A program made the translations under genes and the position numbers. Positions 38,890 through 52,534 of a DNA stretch of 64,000 bases are shown here, in pieces (the stretch's first letter is position 1; the number at the start of each line of letters is the position of its first letter). The notes beneath the pieces were generated by a model. The model was not told where the DNA came from and did no database searches. It saw nothing but the letters and a program-made list of their open reading frames with translations. This DNA comes from Octopus sinensis (taxonomy: Eukaryota), in the NCBI RefSeq assembly GCF_006345805.1, contig NC_042997.1, positions 35,278,001-35,342,000 of the forward strand. Reading direction: 5' to 3'.

Positions 38890-39030
38890 AGTGTCCTTTT
38901 GTTTGGCCTTTGAAGTCCGTCTGAACCCTTTGTGCTGAGCCGGAGGCTCATTTTAAGACACTGCAATTAGAACACTTGTAGGAAAGACGTGAGCTGCGAA
39001 GAAATTCCACAGACGTGTTCTGGAGAGAAC
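38890..39030 (-). mobile_element. LINE ORF2 C-terminal remnant
   Basis: SRTRLWNFFAAHVFPTSV..QCLK resembles the RT.xLWNxLP.xVFP...L..FK end of CR1/L2/Jockey-group elements. Confidence 0.45.
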
Positions 39031-39832
39031 GTAATGACTCTACACACAAATACATACACACACACATGTATGTATGTATGTGTGAGTGTATGTATGTATG
39101 CAATCATGTATGCATGGTTGTAGGTTATGCATAACATAAACGACGTGTCGTACACACCTGAATGGAACAAATACCATTGTTGAAGCTATAAAGAAGGCAG
39201 CAAGACGAGACAAAACACATATTTCACAGGGAAATGAGGTTGTATGTGAAGCTATTTGCAACCAAGCAATTGGTTGTAAGTAAAAATAAAATGGTAAAAA
39301 TAAAATGTTTTTCTAACAAATTTTTAGCGTATACAAAGAAAATATTTGTATGTAACCAAGGAAATGTTATTTTGTTGGCATTTAATGATGTTTTTGGGCC
39401 TGGATATTGCATGGTTAGCAACAGTTAATATTGAAGTGTTTTTTTATTGGTGTTTGAGTCGACAACATTGTACGGGATTCCAAGGGGGTAATTGTTTTTT
39501 AGAAGGAAGAACCTAGGAAAAAAGACCAAACCTCAAGATACAGTTGAATTGATGATGAATGAAAAAATCTCACTCATGAAATGACGCGATGACGCAATGA
39601 GACCAGAGTAAATCGATTTTTAAAAAGATAGGTTGACTGAGCACGTAAGCGGGAAATTTGAATAAATTATTTTTATGTCCGACGCGATTGAAGAGGTTAC
39701 ATGTGCCTAGGTCAGCAGCATTGCTTACATTAATGAGGCGTTATACTCATATAAGAAAAACATAGAAATACCATCATGAGTACGGAAAAAATATCAAAAA
39801 ATTGCGTATGTTTTTGTATTCTTGCTTGTCCT

Positions 39833-39955
39833 CCCACCACCGCTTGACACCCAGTGTTGGTGTGTTTACGTCTCCGTAACTTATCGATTCGGTAAAGATG
39901 ATCGATAGAACATGTACCAGGCATAAAAGAAGTACTTGGGTTGATCGTTCGATTA
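39833..39955 (+). mobile_element. SINE family B, 3' fragment
   Basis: GCTTGACACCCAGTGTTGGTGTGTTTACGTC...GATAGAAC. Confidence 0.6.
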
Positions 39956-40428
39956 AAATGCATTTGTAAATTGTTGTTTACATTGAGAATCCGGAGCTAC
40001 CAAGAAAGTGAACATTTCCTGAAATGACCAGAAAAACGAATGTCAAGCAATTAGCCTAAAATAATATTCTTACAGATAGACATGAATATATTCGCAAGAT
40101 ACGCAGTTCTCCTTCAGTAGACAGAACATAGGTGAACTTCTGAAAACCTGTACCTAAAATCTCCATGTGGAAGAGTACAGTCTCTAAAGAATGAAGAATG
40201 AATTATTTATTTTACGAAGCAAGATAACGTGAAATTCAGACATAGCGTCTCTTTTATTAACGCCTAAAGAGTTATGAGGGCTTAATTTCTATCTTCGAAC
40301 AGGGGATTCTCCAAGACGAGTACAAGCACACACATACGTACACATGTATACATGAATGTGTGTGTATATATATATGTGTATGTGTGTGTGTGTCTGCGCA
40401 TGTGTATGTATGTGTACACATATATATG

Positions 40429-40472
<44 letters not shown>

Positions 40473-42600
40473 GGGGGTGTATGTGTGTGTGTGTATAAAT
40501 ATGTATATGTATGAGGCACAATTTGACTTCATAGAAGCCAAGGTAATGAAGATCAATCACCGCTCCATCTCACATAATAAAGTTCTGAGGAGCTGTTTGC
40601 AAAATCTGAGAATTTTCCCGATATTTTCAAAATGGGATGTGATTAGTTAATTCTTTTTTTTTTTATTTTGAAATGCAAAAATTATGAGGAATATATTAAG
40701 ACGTGTTATTGGAGATTCCCTCATAAATCATCATTTGAGAGATACTCGGTCTATGGAGCCTTTGGATTGCAATGATTACTTCCCGAAATTTATAAGTTGC
40801 TTTCAGACCTCCGTTATCATTGATGACAACCGGTCTTTCCAATCAAGGATTTTTAAAACAATATTAGAATTGTAAACAAATAAGACGTATTCTCTTCAAC
40901 ATGTTATTTCAATGGTGCAGATTGCTTTGGTAAAGAAAGTTGTACTTTTATGTGGAAAGCTTTTCGCAAGTGAACAGGAAAAACGTTGTCACTGAGGATG
41001 ATAAGCACGGGCAGAAGTATTTTGTTGTAAGTTATTTAAATAACAAAAATGTAAAATAGGAAACAAATGTTGATGCAAAGAATCCAGTCCTGCATTTTAA
41101 TATATTTTGCTTGATTATTCATATCAAATAGAATATTCAAGCTATCTTTCAGTTCCTAAGTTTCTTTTGTCTCATCTTGAAGTGATTATTATTTTTGAAA
41201 TAACATATAGAATGATATATAGAATATTGAGTAATGGAATTTGATTTATTACTATTGTGATATAGTTAATTATGCATAAAATTATGCAGAAGAGAAATTA
41301 AAGCGAAAATTGCGTAAAGTTAGTTGTAGGTAACCTTTGTGTTAAAGACATAAGGGCGAATGACACTGAAATTTTGTTCCTTGATACTTTGAATTAAGAT
41401 ATGAAAGCGTTCTTTTTTTGTAAACTAGCATAAACGCAAATACACAAACAAAAACACACCACTAAAACCTTTTAAAATACAGATGCATGCAAAAACATGC
41501 GCAAACATAATCACAGCCACCTTCAACATGCATACACACATTTCAAAATATATATATATACAAACACATACATTAGATTTACACTCACATAGAATGTGAG
41601 CCACATAGAGTCACATACAATGTGCAAATTTACACAAACATCCATTAAATTTGCACTCTCACAGAGTGTAAATTTAATATGTATTTTAAATTTAATATGT
41701 ATATGCATATATTTATGCTATTATGCGGTTCAATTTTAAAGCAACGCCTTTTCCTTGTTTGTTAAAGATACTGCAAAAATATAAAGAAGAAAGAAACTAG
41801 CGTGGATGTGATGTTCACTGTACTACAATATAAACCAGAAGTGGAATATGTTTAATCGTAGTTTTATGTATCATGTTATGTACACGCTAATCCTATAGAT
41901 GTATTTAAAATTACTTACTTAAATCGTATTGAAGAGGTATGTTAGAAAAACCAGTACAAGTCATTCTATATGTATGATTTGCAAAAATGAAATTTAAATA
42001 AAAATATACTCCCATTTATTTCGAAAGTTGGCCGAAATGTTTCATGAATTATATTACTAGAAAATATAAATATATGAGACAGATAGGTATCTTTATGTTT
42101 GAAGAAACTCTACACAAACACAATGCGCATATATCTAATAGAAAGGAAGTCTTCGTTTATATTTATGAAGCACATGATGTATTCAGTTTAATAAGGCAGG
42201 CAAAGCACATTTAGAATGTGAAATTTTAAAAATGTATTACAAGGAAAATGATATAAGGTAGCGAAAGGAATCAAACACAGCATTTTGGTGTCAATCCGTT
42301 GTTCTTACTCTATAAAATCGAAATTGAATATCAATATATATATAGTAATGACGCTTTTTCCCGTGATAGCCCTAAATGCATATGGGCACACACCATATTT
42401 ATATTTATATTGCAATATACAAAACATGGCTATGTGAAAACACAGACACACACATAGAGACACACACACACATATATATATATATATATGTAACTTAATA
42501 TATATCTAATATAGAGCGTTCATATATATATATATGTAATTATATCTAAACACACGTGTATATCTATGTATGTGTAAATATTTGTGAATGCGTGTGTAGG

Positions 42601-42995
42601 CTTAGGCGTTACTGTGTGGTAAGAAGCTTTGTTCCCACCCACATGGTTCTGGATTCAGTCGCACTGCGTGATACCTTGGACAAGTATCTTCTACTCTAGC
42701 TTCAGATCGACCAAAGCGTTGTGAGTGCATTTGGCTGACAAAAATTAAAGGAAGCCTGTCTTGTATACATATGTGTACATATCTATGTGCGTGTGTCTTT
42801 GTATCTGTGTTTGTCTTCCAACCAGTGTTGGTGTGTTTACGTCTCTGTAACATTATCAGTTCGGTAAAGAAGATCGATAGAACAAGTACCAGGCATAAAA
42901 ATGTACTTGGGTCGATCGTTCGACTAAAATTCTTTAAGGCTGTGACCCAGCATTTCAACAGTCTAATGACTGAAACAAGTAAAATATAAAAGATA
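42601..42995 (+). mobile_element. SINE family B
   Basis: Colinear with the 19061 copy. Confidence 0.8.
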
Positions 42996-43449
42996 AAATA
43001 TATATTTACAGTTTCACATACACGCACTCACTAATTTGTAAACAAAGAAATACGGAGACATATATATAATGCAGTTATACGATGATTTTTATAGGTCAAA
43101 TAAGGAAGGTATATTTTAATGCATATTCTAGAGCGTATACTTACTTGAAATAATTTTCTTTCTTGGAGCTGGAATGATATCCTATGTATATACGCATTCA
43201 CATACATATACAGTTGCACACTTCACACTCACAGACACACTCACATGTATGTATATTAAAAAAAAAGATGACAGTGATTGGCGATACGTTAAGGTGATCT
43301 GGTGTTTATGCCACGTCACTGATGAGGTGCGATGTATGATTGAATAGTGTTATGTAATTATCTGGGAATTTATTGAAACACATGCATGCCCTAAAGCTTT
43401 GAATACCACATCTGTATTCTGCTCATCTTTTGGCTCTATATATGTAACC

Positions 43450-43580
43450 AGGAGGGTTACAGTGCTGAGAAAAATGTTTATAGGTATTTCGTATGTCTTC
43501 GTGTTCTGAGTTCAAATTCTCCCGAGAGCGACCTTGATTTTCTTCATTTAGGGACTGATAAAATAAGTAACACTTGAAAA
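43450..43580 (+). mobile_element. SINE family A, decayed
   Basis: GGTATTTCGT..GTTCTGAGTTCAAATTC..GATAAAATAAGTA. Confidence 0.55.
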
Positions 43581-44849
43581 CTGGAGCCTATATGTCATAC
43601 ACCTTTTGGGTCTCATACGTAATTATACTGGAATGTTTCCCATGAATCTCATATGCAGTTCAACGTAATCTTTTGTATTGTTTAAAATATGTGTTATTAC
43701 TTTATCTAATTAGTTTATATATTGATATTAATTATGCCCTATTATCAGTTAATTATGTATTTCTCTGCACTAAACGCATATCACCAGTAAGGTGGGTGAA
43801 TTCGTGTCATGCATTATAAGTATATCATAACTTAATGTAAAAAGAAAAGCATAACTTCAGTATGACAAAAGGGAAGTGGTAAATAGGAGAAAAATAAAAG
43901 AATATCATAATTGAGAAGAAAGTGAGGAAAAGTATAGGGAAAAATAATGGAAGAAGTGTTAATAAATGCTATTAATTACAACTGATAGTTTGAAACAAAC
44001 AAGGATAGCCAATAAGCATGGTCATTAAGGAGAGATCCAATCCGTCAGAAATCGAGCAAGAAAGAGTGAGAAATTATAGACACTATATGAGTTGTTAGTG
44101 AAGCGTGTGAAAGTCGCAGAAAAAGACAGATCGGGTATTTAGACACATTATAAAGATCTGGTAAAAATAAAACGGACACGATTCAAATTCGAAATATATA
44201 AGGACATGAGAAAATATATTTGTGGATATTATTTTGTGACAGGTGTGATAAATTTGAAAACAATACGTAAGAAAATGAAATTTAATATAACAACTGCGAA
44301 TCTATGTCTTTTATACTGGTGGATAAATGTTCATAAAAGATGGCGTGATAAAATCGAAATGTCCTTTAAAAAATTATATAAAAATCAAATGTATAGTTTG
44401 GAAGGAAGCAGTTCAAGTTCAGAATTACAAAACGTACCTAAATGCATCAAACATATTCGGAGCTATGTTAAAAACAGTAGTAACAAGTGTTAACATAATA
44501 ATGTATTTATCTGTATGTGATGAAGGTAAAATATCAAAACGTAACATACAAGAAAGGAAGCTTCTCTCTTCGTATCTTAACAAATTCTGTGTTAGAAATA
44601 ATAAAAGTGGGATAAAAATGAACGCTCTTCCCTAACATAGTAGTGTTAGGGGTTAACTGACTCGTCATATATGAGCGTAGATAGGCCTGCAGGTATTTGT
44701 ACTTGTTATAGAACTATGTATGTGTGTGTGTCTGATCTCATTTCTCGTTCACAGAGCCCTAGTACTTTCCTCCTTTATGTGCGTCCGGTGGTGTATTTTG
44801 TGTATTACTGCACACATGCAAACACACACAACATTATACATAGACACAT

Positions 44850-45060
44850 TGGTTTCAAAATTTGGCACAATGTTAGCAGTTTTGGGAGAAGGCGCCAAGT
44901 TGATCACATCGACTCCAGTGCTCAACTGGTACTCATTTGATCGACCCCGAAATGATGAAAGGCAATTTTAGCCTTGGCAGAATTTGAACTCAGAACGAAG
45001 AGACGGAAGAAATGCCGCTAAGCATCTGCCCGGCGTGCTACCGTTTCTGCCAGTTCGCCT
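44850..45060 (-). mobile_element. SINE family A variant
   Basis: Reverse complement head ...GTTTCTGCCAGTTCGCC and CGACCCCGAAATGATGAAAGGCAA. Confidence 0.75.
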
Positions 45061-45379
45061 TAATTACCCGTAGACACTTTACGTGCACAAATATACACTG
45101 ACACAAAATACGCCAAATTCACTCCAACAAAATACACCAAATGACTTCTCGAAAACCCACTCAAGCGTACTAAAATCAAAGGACACCCACCCAGCAAAAT
45201 GAATAGCCAGACAATTACTGGGAAAAACGCAAGAAAGACTTACTCTAACCATTCTTCTCAGAAAAGTGAAAAGGGAAACCATCAAGCAGTGAAATATTTT
45301 ATGTTTCTCTTATACTGAAACTAGCAATTACAACTGTTATAATATTTTAGCATATATTTGTGTTGTAATATTTATGGAT

Positions 45380-45407
45380 GGATCTATCTATCTATCTATC
45401 TATCTAC

Positions 45408-45495
<88 letters not shown>

Positions 45496-45518
45496 ATATT
45501 TATCTATCTATCTACTTA

Positions 45519-45560
<42 letters not shown>

Positions 45561-45561
45561 C

Positions 45562-45601
<40 letters not shown>

Positions 45602-45608
45602 ATATATA

Positions 45609-45679
<71 letters not shown>

Positions 45680-45735
45680 TTATCTATCTATCTATTTATC
45701 TATCTATCTACCAACCTACCTACCTACCTACCAAC
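45380..45735. repeat. (ATCT)n/(ACCT)n microsatellite
   Basis: Directly visible. Confidence 0.95.
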
Positions 45736-46160
45736 CTAATGTGATTGCTGAGAAATAACAAGGAAATTATATTGATTGCCATCTGTAATATATTCTTGTT
45801 GATGACATCGGAACAATTGCCATTCATTGAATGAATGTGAAAAGGAATTGCTCTGAATTATATGACGGCCAATAGAATTCCGATTTGGATATAGCCGTTC
45901 CCAAAACACCTGAAATTTGCCATTTATCTCTTTTTGGTTTTTAAATGTCTATCTTATCTCTGCAGTTCATGAGACACTAGGCTACACAATATTTTTTTAA
46001 TTGATATAGGATAACCCATAGGGTGCACTACATATCAATTATGCAAAATATTTTGCGGATAAAATAAAACAAATATATCAAATTTTATTCGTTATAAAGA
46101 CTGCATTATATAGGATTAATGTTATAAATATAAAATAATGGAATGTGTAATCATATATAC

Positions 46161-46361
46161 ACTCTTTTACTTGTTTCAATCATTTGACTGAGGCAATGCT
46201 GGAGAACCGCCTTTAGTCGAGCAAATCGACCCCGGGACTTATTCTTTGTAAGCCCATACTTATTCTATCGGTCTCTTTTGCCGAACCGCTAAGTGACGGG
46301 GACGTAAACAGACCAGCATCGGTTGTCAAGCAAAACTAGGGGGACAAACACAGACACACAA

Positions 46362-46396
<35 letters not shown>

Positions 46397-46565
46397 CATA
46401 TATACGACAGGCTTCTTTCAGTTTCCGTCTACCAAATCCACTCACAAGGCATTGGTCGGCCCGGGGTTATAGTAGAACATACTTGTGTAAGATGCCACGC
46501 AGTGGGACTGAACACGGAACCATGTGGTTTGTTAGCAAGCTACTTACCACACAGCCACTCCTGCG

Positions 46566-46567
<2 letters not shown>
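46161..46567 (-). mobile_element. SINE family B
   Basis: Full reverse complement of the 19061-type element. Confidence 0.85.
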
Positions 46568-46637
<70 letters not shown>

Positions 46638-46786
46638 GGGAATTATCTCCCTTTGCAGGTTAAAGGACACCGTGATGGTGTCAAGCCTATCTGGCGACGT
46701 CGATGTTCGCCTGGGGCTAAATGCAACAGTAACACCCCCACACCCTGCCCTGTCCCTAGCCATATTCAGATGGCTTTAGTCCCTTA

Positions 46787-46836
<50 letters not shown>

Positions 46837-46932
46837 GACTGAAGATTGAAGGCTTCGAGTGTCCCGTCGGCTTTTTTGTATCGTCTTCTAAATGTTTTGC
46901 GTTCTTGTCCCAGTTTGTGTTTTTTTCACATT

Positions 46933-46972
<40 letters not shown>

Positions 46973-46975
<3 letters not shown>

Positions 46976-47408
46976 CAATTAAGGACAACTACTTAATAAG
47001 GAAAACTTAACAAGAATTGTCAGGTAGATAGCGTAAAAACCTCATAAGAGAAAAATTTCGAAAATAATTATTTCTTATTGAACATATTAATTTATATATA
47101 GAGGGCATTATACATACATGCCAGGAGGCATTCTACATACACGCCATACGCTAAGAGGGACAATCAGTCATTTCTACCAAAATATTACTAATCCCACCGA
47201 ATGCAATTTTTCAAAGAAAGACATTTAAAAATATATAGACCTGTATCACAGTGATTTATACTTACGTAATCATCAGCAGGCCTGATATACTATAAAATTG
47301 CATTCGGTGGGATTAGTAATATTTTGGTAGAAATGACTGATTGTCCCTCTTAGCGTATGGCGTGTATGTAGAATGCCTCCTGGCATGTATGTATAATGCC
47401 CTCTATAT

Positions 47409-47416
<8 letters not shown>
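46973..47416 (-). mobile_element. Permuted copy of the 52-kb HHR unit with a 123-bp perfect fold-back
   Basis: Minus-strand order: inverted tail, HHR, segment C, segment A. Arms 47088-47210 / 47294-47416 are identical. HHR 47237-47283 lacks G12. Confidence 0.85.
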
Positions 47417-47454
<38 letters not shown>

Positions 47455-47457
<3 letters not shown>

Positions 47458-47800
47458 GCTGGATGAATAAATTGTCGTCGAAATTACGCAAAAACTGAAA
47501 ATAACACTGACATCTCATTTTAACAGATATATTTATTATAATTAAATAAAAATATGTCAGGGGTGGTGTGGTCACAGAAATTGTGCAAGCCGCCGTACCT
47601 TCGTAATCACCAACTCTTTCCGAATCCTCTGCACTTTCTTCAAACTCAAACTCTCTGAAATATTCGTTTTGGAGTTTCCTGCGCGAATACCAAGCAGTAC
47701 AGTAAGTCGTTTCCACATTTCTGGCTGAGAAAACCGCGTTATGGTGCTGTCTTTCTCGCAGACGGTGCCCAACTGACCTTACATTATTGATTAGTAGAAA
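47455..47800 (-). mobile_element. Tc1/mariner (maT-like) internally deleted remnant
   Basis: FSQPEMWKRLTVLLGIRAGNSKTNISESL..VQRIRKEL..GDYEGTAA N-terminus joined to a TA-flanked TIR-like end (CAGGCTGGATGAATAAATTG). Confidence 0.55.
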
Positions 47801-47901
47801 AATCAAAGAGAATCAGTGCACATATGGGAAATTAAAAGTATAAGATGGCGACAACCTACCCATCGCAACCTGCATATATATAATATATATATATATATAT
47901 C

Positions 47902-47935
<34 letters not shown>

Positions 47936-47994
47936 CGTATGCATGCATGTATGTATATACATATAGCTTCGCTAACTGAGTGCTACAGTACTCT

Positions 47995-48240
47995 TGTACC
48001 GAGGAAGGCACGTGGCATATCGGTTAGGGCAATGGGCTCATGATTGCAAGTCATGAGTTCCATTCCCAGCGACGCATTTTATTTCACGTTGCTCTAGTTC
48101 CCTCAGCTGGCAAAAATTGAGTAGTACCTGCAATTCAAAGCACCCTCCTTGTCTCACGTGTGTCACGCTGAATCGCCTTGGGAACTAAGTTCCGTTGATT
48201 TTATCTACCTGAACCCTTGACGTTGTAACCTATGGAGTAC
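47995..48240 (+). mobile_element. SINE family C, decayed
   Basis: TCGGTTAGGGC..GAGTTCCATTCCC..TTTCACGTTGCTCTAG. Confidence 0.55.
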
Positions 48241-48807
48241 CACTCTGGTACCGGAACGCCAAGCTAATTAGTAATGTAAGAATTACTTGAATGAATCTAT
48301 ATTTTCAATTCAATGTAGATTTTTTTCTAGATTCTTTAACGAATATATAAAACGCAGACAAGATATGATTCTATTTTCAACATAGCAAATCACGTCAGGG
48401 TAAAATCTACAAATATTTCTTATTTTATTCATATAACTTTAGGTATATTAAGAATTATACAGGATATGTTATTGAGTAGGATACATTACATTTCAGGATA
48501 CGATTCGTGGTATCACTACATTCGATTTGGTAAGCAATATATAAATGGAAATCATTATTTAAAAAAGCCAGAGGTAAAAGAAAATGTGGAAGAGACACTC
48601 AGTGGAACACATATGTTTTAACTATGACAAGCTGTAAAGATAACTGTTTATATATATGTTCTGCTTTGTTTTTGATTTAGAGTTAATCATATTCGACCAG
48701 TGAATACTGTTTCAATGTGGGATTTACAATTATCTAATAACCAAGCTAATAGTTTGTGTACAAATACTACAAAATGTAGTCATTTTTAATTCTGGAAACT
48801 ATATATA

Positions 48808-48838
<31 letters not shown>

Positions 48839-48874
48839 GTATATATAGGAAAAAGCAACAAGAATGGATTAAAA

Positions 48875-48962
48875 TCTCGGTACGATCGTTTCGTACGAGG
48901 ACATCTTTAATAAGCTACAAAAAATGCAGTGAATACAGATGGCTCGTACTCGTCAGCCGAAA
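48875..48962 (-). ncRNA. Type I hammerhead ribozyme, extended stem II
   Basis: Stem I UUUCGG/CCGAGA; CUGACGA (48956-48950); stem II GUACGAG/CUCGUAC plus CAUCU/AGAUG; GAAA; perfect palindrome ACGAUCGU as stem III; GUA site with cut between 48881 and 48880. Confidence 0.85.
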
Positions 48963-49059
48963 AACCATCAGAGAATTCCCAAACATCAAAAGGGGTAGAT
49001 ACAAAAGAGGTTGTAAGTTTAACTGCATTGAATTCACTTGAATCTCAATTACTTAACCG

Positions 49060-49097
<38 letters not shown>

Positions 49098-49189
49098 ATA
49101 GCACTGCTATACACACACCGATTTGCCTATAAACATATAGATTTATGAGAGTGTACACATGATGTCACTATTGTGTACATTGTTATTGA

Positions 49190-49830
49190 TAATTTCTCCC
49201 CAAATATCTCTATGTAATATAAATACGTGGTTACATCACATCGGCTTGTGAGTGAAATACTGCAGGGATGAGGTATTGTTGCGAGTAACGAAAATTTCGA
49301 ATTATCTGCAGTGTCTAACAAGAAAGCTATTAATTATATTTCCCTTAATGAAACATAAACTCAATAAGTAGTGCCGGAAACTCAGGTGGTGCTTGTCTAT
49401 AGCTTGAATCAATGACGATATACAATTCAGTATTGCCGCAACTCTACGCTGATATATCTCGTCTGTAAACGACTTGTCGATATTTACTAGTGACTGTTTG
49501 GGGAAAAACGATCTCACTTGGGAAGACTCGATTCGATATTTTAAATCAATTAATAATACTGATGTCGTGGACAACGTTTCCATTTATTACTCAATAGATT
49601 TCTTGAACCAATTGAAACCACGAACAAAATTAATTATCTGTAGAATGGACAGTGTTACAAGGTGCAGAATATTAAATGTCATCTTGCCCTTTCCACGTCT
49701 TTCTATTTATGACTTGAATGATGCTTCAAACGCACGATCCATTCAAATTAGTCTTAGTATATTACTTGAGAATGCAATGAAGGATGACATGCTGCTTAAT
49801 GTATCCATGAAGCACGGAGTCTTATAAAAC
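49190..49830 (+). mobile_element. Very decayed Helitron PIF1-helicase remnant
   Basis: PNI.., H(W)L.E.IL, FKSINNTDVVD..YYSIDFLNQL, RTKLII, FPRLS, ARSIQI..I.LEN loosely match Helitron helicase motifs. Confidence 0.4.
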
Positions 49831-50090
49831 CCGCGATCTGTACACTATGTTCATATCGTTAACAGGATTATAGATGAATCTTTCTCTGGAAAGAATGCAA
49901 GTCTGTTACATGTAATATCTATAAAATTCAGTCAACCATGAAAGAATGCATTTCTTTTATCGCAGGAACATAGTACATAGTAATAAATCAGAACATTTAA
50001 TTTCAATTGCTTACGTAATCAGTGTATTCCATGTAACTATATGGATATGTGTGCGTGTGTATCTATTTATCCGTCTATCTGTCCATCTCC

Positions 50091-50189
<99 letters not shown>

Positions 50190-51399
50190 GTTAAATGTTA
50201 GTAAAAAATGAAATCATTAAAAAATTTTGCACTCTTTTATTGATGGCTTTTGCATTTATTCAATGGAGTGGAGCTTTGACCTTATAAGAGTGTTCGCAAC
50301 TATAAACCTGGAGTTTAAATAAGGCACGCTCTGTATATTGTAGTGAATTCGTAACTGTTTTTTGGTTTTGCGATGTATTTTAAGAGATAATTTTGGAGGT
50401 GGTTTGGACTTGCACATGATCCCTCTTCATGGAAGTTCATCAAGCATGTGGACCTAGAATTTGAAAGCATATTGTTCACCTAGTTGTATTCTAAACATGA
50501 TTAATGTGAGTGGTCTGTTTTTCTATGTATATTACAATTACATATAATGCTGGGTGTGACGAATCACTTAAAAGCTTATTCAAAATTTCACAACTGCTCC
50601 CAAATCCCCAGTAAGTATCAATTATAATACTCTTTATGAAGAGATTTTCTCAAATTTGTATTGAATATTTCTAATTTATTCATAAACTCTCATTGACATA
50701 TTGAAAGTTGTGACATTAAGCAATTTATATTATCATAAGCTATCTAGCACGCTATCTAGCTTTTCTAGATCAAATAGAAATACTTAACTCGTATGAACCG
50801 GAGAAATCTCACGTTTTATGAAATTTCTTATTTCTATTTTCATAGTGGAATATGTAATTGTGACGTTATCGAATACATTTTAATATTTTGTATGTCTTTG
50901 ATATCCTTTTATTGATAATGCGTAAAATTTCCACAATAAAGAATGTGAAATGCGTGACAGTATTTGGAAATAAAGCCACAAAGATGTAAAATTAGAGGCT
51001 TAAAATAGACAGGGGAGTTGGTTGTAACCAACAACGCACTGGTCTTGTAAGCACTTGAAACTCAGCAGACTTGTAACATTAACACACGCACATCCCACTT
51101 ATTGGATTAAAGGGTGTCAAATGGATATGAAATGATTGGGATGAGATACATGACGTTGGTATGAGATATATGGATAGCTATGATGTGGTGAGAATTTGTG
51201 TCCCAGTTGTCTTTAAAACAGAGATAAAATAGGCCGATACAGGAAAGTATAGGTACGACGGTCTTGGAATGGTACAAGACAAAAATGGACACGATATGGA
51301 TAAGATAAGAAAACAAAGACATTATACTAAATATTTAGTCAAATCAACATAATAAAGTTACTCTTAATAAGGCTACAACACTGCATTAGAAAGGTCCAA

Positions 51400-51965
51400 T
51401 ATTAATAGTATAACTCATATTGAACCAAATATTGATACAGCAAGAAGACGTAGACAGATTAAAATAATATAATACAATATTCTATATTGCAAGAATGTGG
51501 CTACACCTAAGCTGGAAAACTCCTGGAACTAACTGATAAGCACTTCCCCCACTCGCATAAATACCATAAGAGCTTTAAGAATACGTTGACAGTTAGCTTC
51601 ATGTGATTCCACAACATAAGATCGATCATTTTCAACCACAATAAAAATAACAACATTAAGAGTATTGCCAAATTCTCGTTTTATTTAATGCCTACGAGTA
51701 CCTGACCTCTGAATAATAGGTGCCTCAAAATACTATTAATGTGCAAGGGTAGCATTATATATTTGAAGGGAACAGCTAAAATACATTGAAATAGCGGAAA
51801 ACACCACCTTCGAAATGTTATATAACGCAACAATTGCGTTCATTCAGAAATAAAAGCAAAAGGACAGAGACCATCTTTATCCAAAATTGTATGGACACTT
51901 ACAGAGAAGGACGTGAAGACACGTCCCTCTCTGTATAAATCGGGATAAATTGGAGACCCAAACAA
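51400..51965 (+). mobile_element. Penelope-like element fragment (RT thumb to GIY-YIG)
   Basis: LELTDKHFPHSHKYHKSFKNTLTVSFM*FHNIRSIIFNHNK, KYIEIAE, SFRNKSK...LSKIVWTL. Confidence 0.65.
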
Positions 51966-51992
51966 AAAACGTATAATATAGTTAAATAAATA

Positions 51993-52041
<49 letters not shown>

Positions 52042-52048
52042 ATAAATA

Positions 52049-52534
52049 TATATATAAGTTAATATGTTCAATAAGAAATAATTATTTTCGAAATTTTTTC
52101 TCTTATGAGGTTTTCACGCTATCTACCTGACAATTTCTTGTTAAGTTTTCCTTATTAAGTAGTTGTCCTTAATTGCTAAATTTTTATTCCGAAAAAACTT
52201 TTCCTTTCCCGAAATGCAATTCGTAAAAGTCTGACATTTACAGGATGTAATATATGTAAACTCACCCATGTGCTTCGTTGATGTTGATCAGTTAGCTGAT
52301 CGGCTTAAGCGAGGCAGGGTCGTTTATGTATGATACATCCAGGCCTGCTGATGAATACGTAAGTATGAAATCACGGTGATACAGGTCTATATTTTTTAAA
52401 TGTCTTACTTTGAAAAATTGCATTCGGTGGGATTAGTAATATTTTTGGTAGAAATGACTAATTGTCCCTCTTAGCGTGTGGCATGTATGTATAATGCCAT
52501 CTGGCATGTATGTATAATGCCCTCTATATATAAA

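Noticed and set aside
46634-46720. HDV-like ribozyme fold
   Set aside because: L3 lacks the CC needed for P1.1 and there is no G1-initiated 7-bp P1.
46836-46870. CTGAAGA followed by GAAGGCTTCGAG
   Set aside because: No GAAA or stem III; at most an eroded pseudo-LTR fragment.
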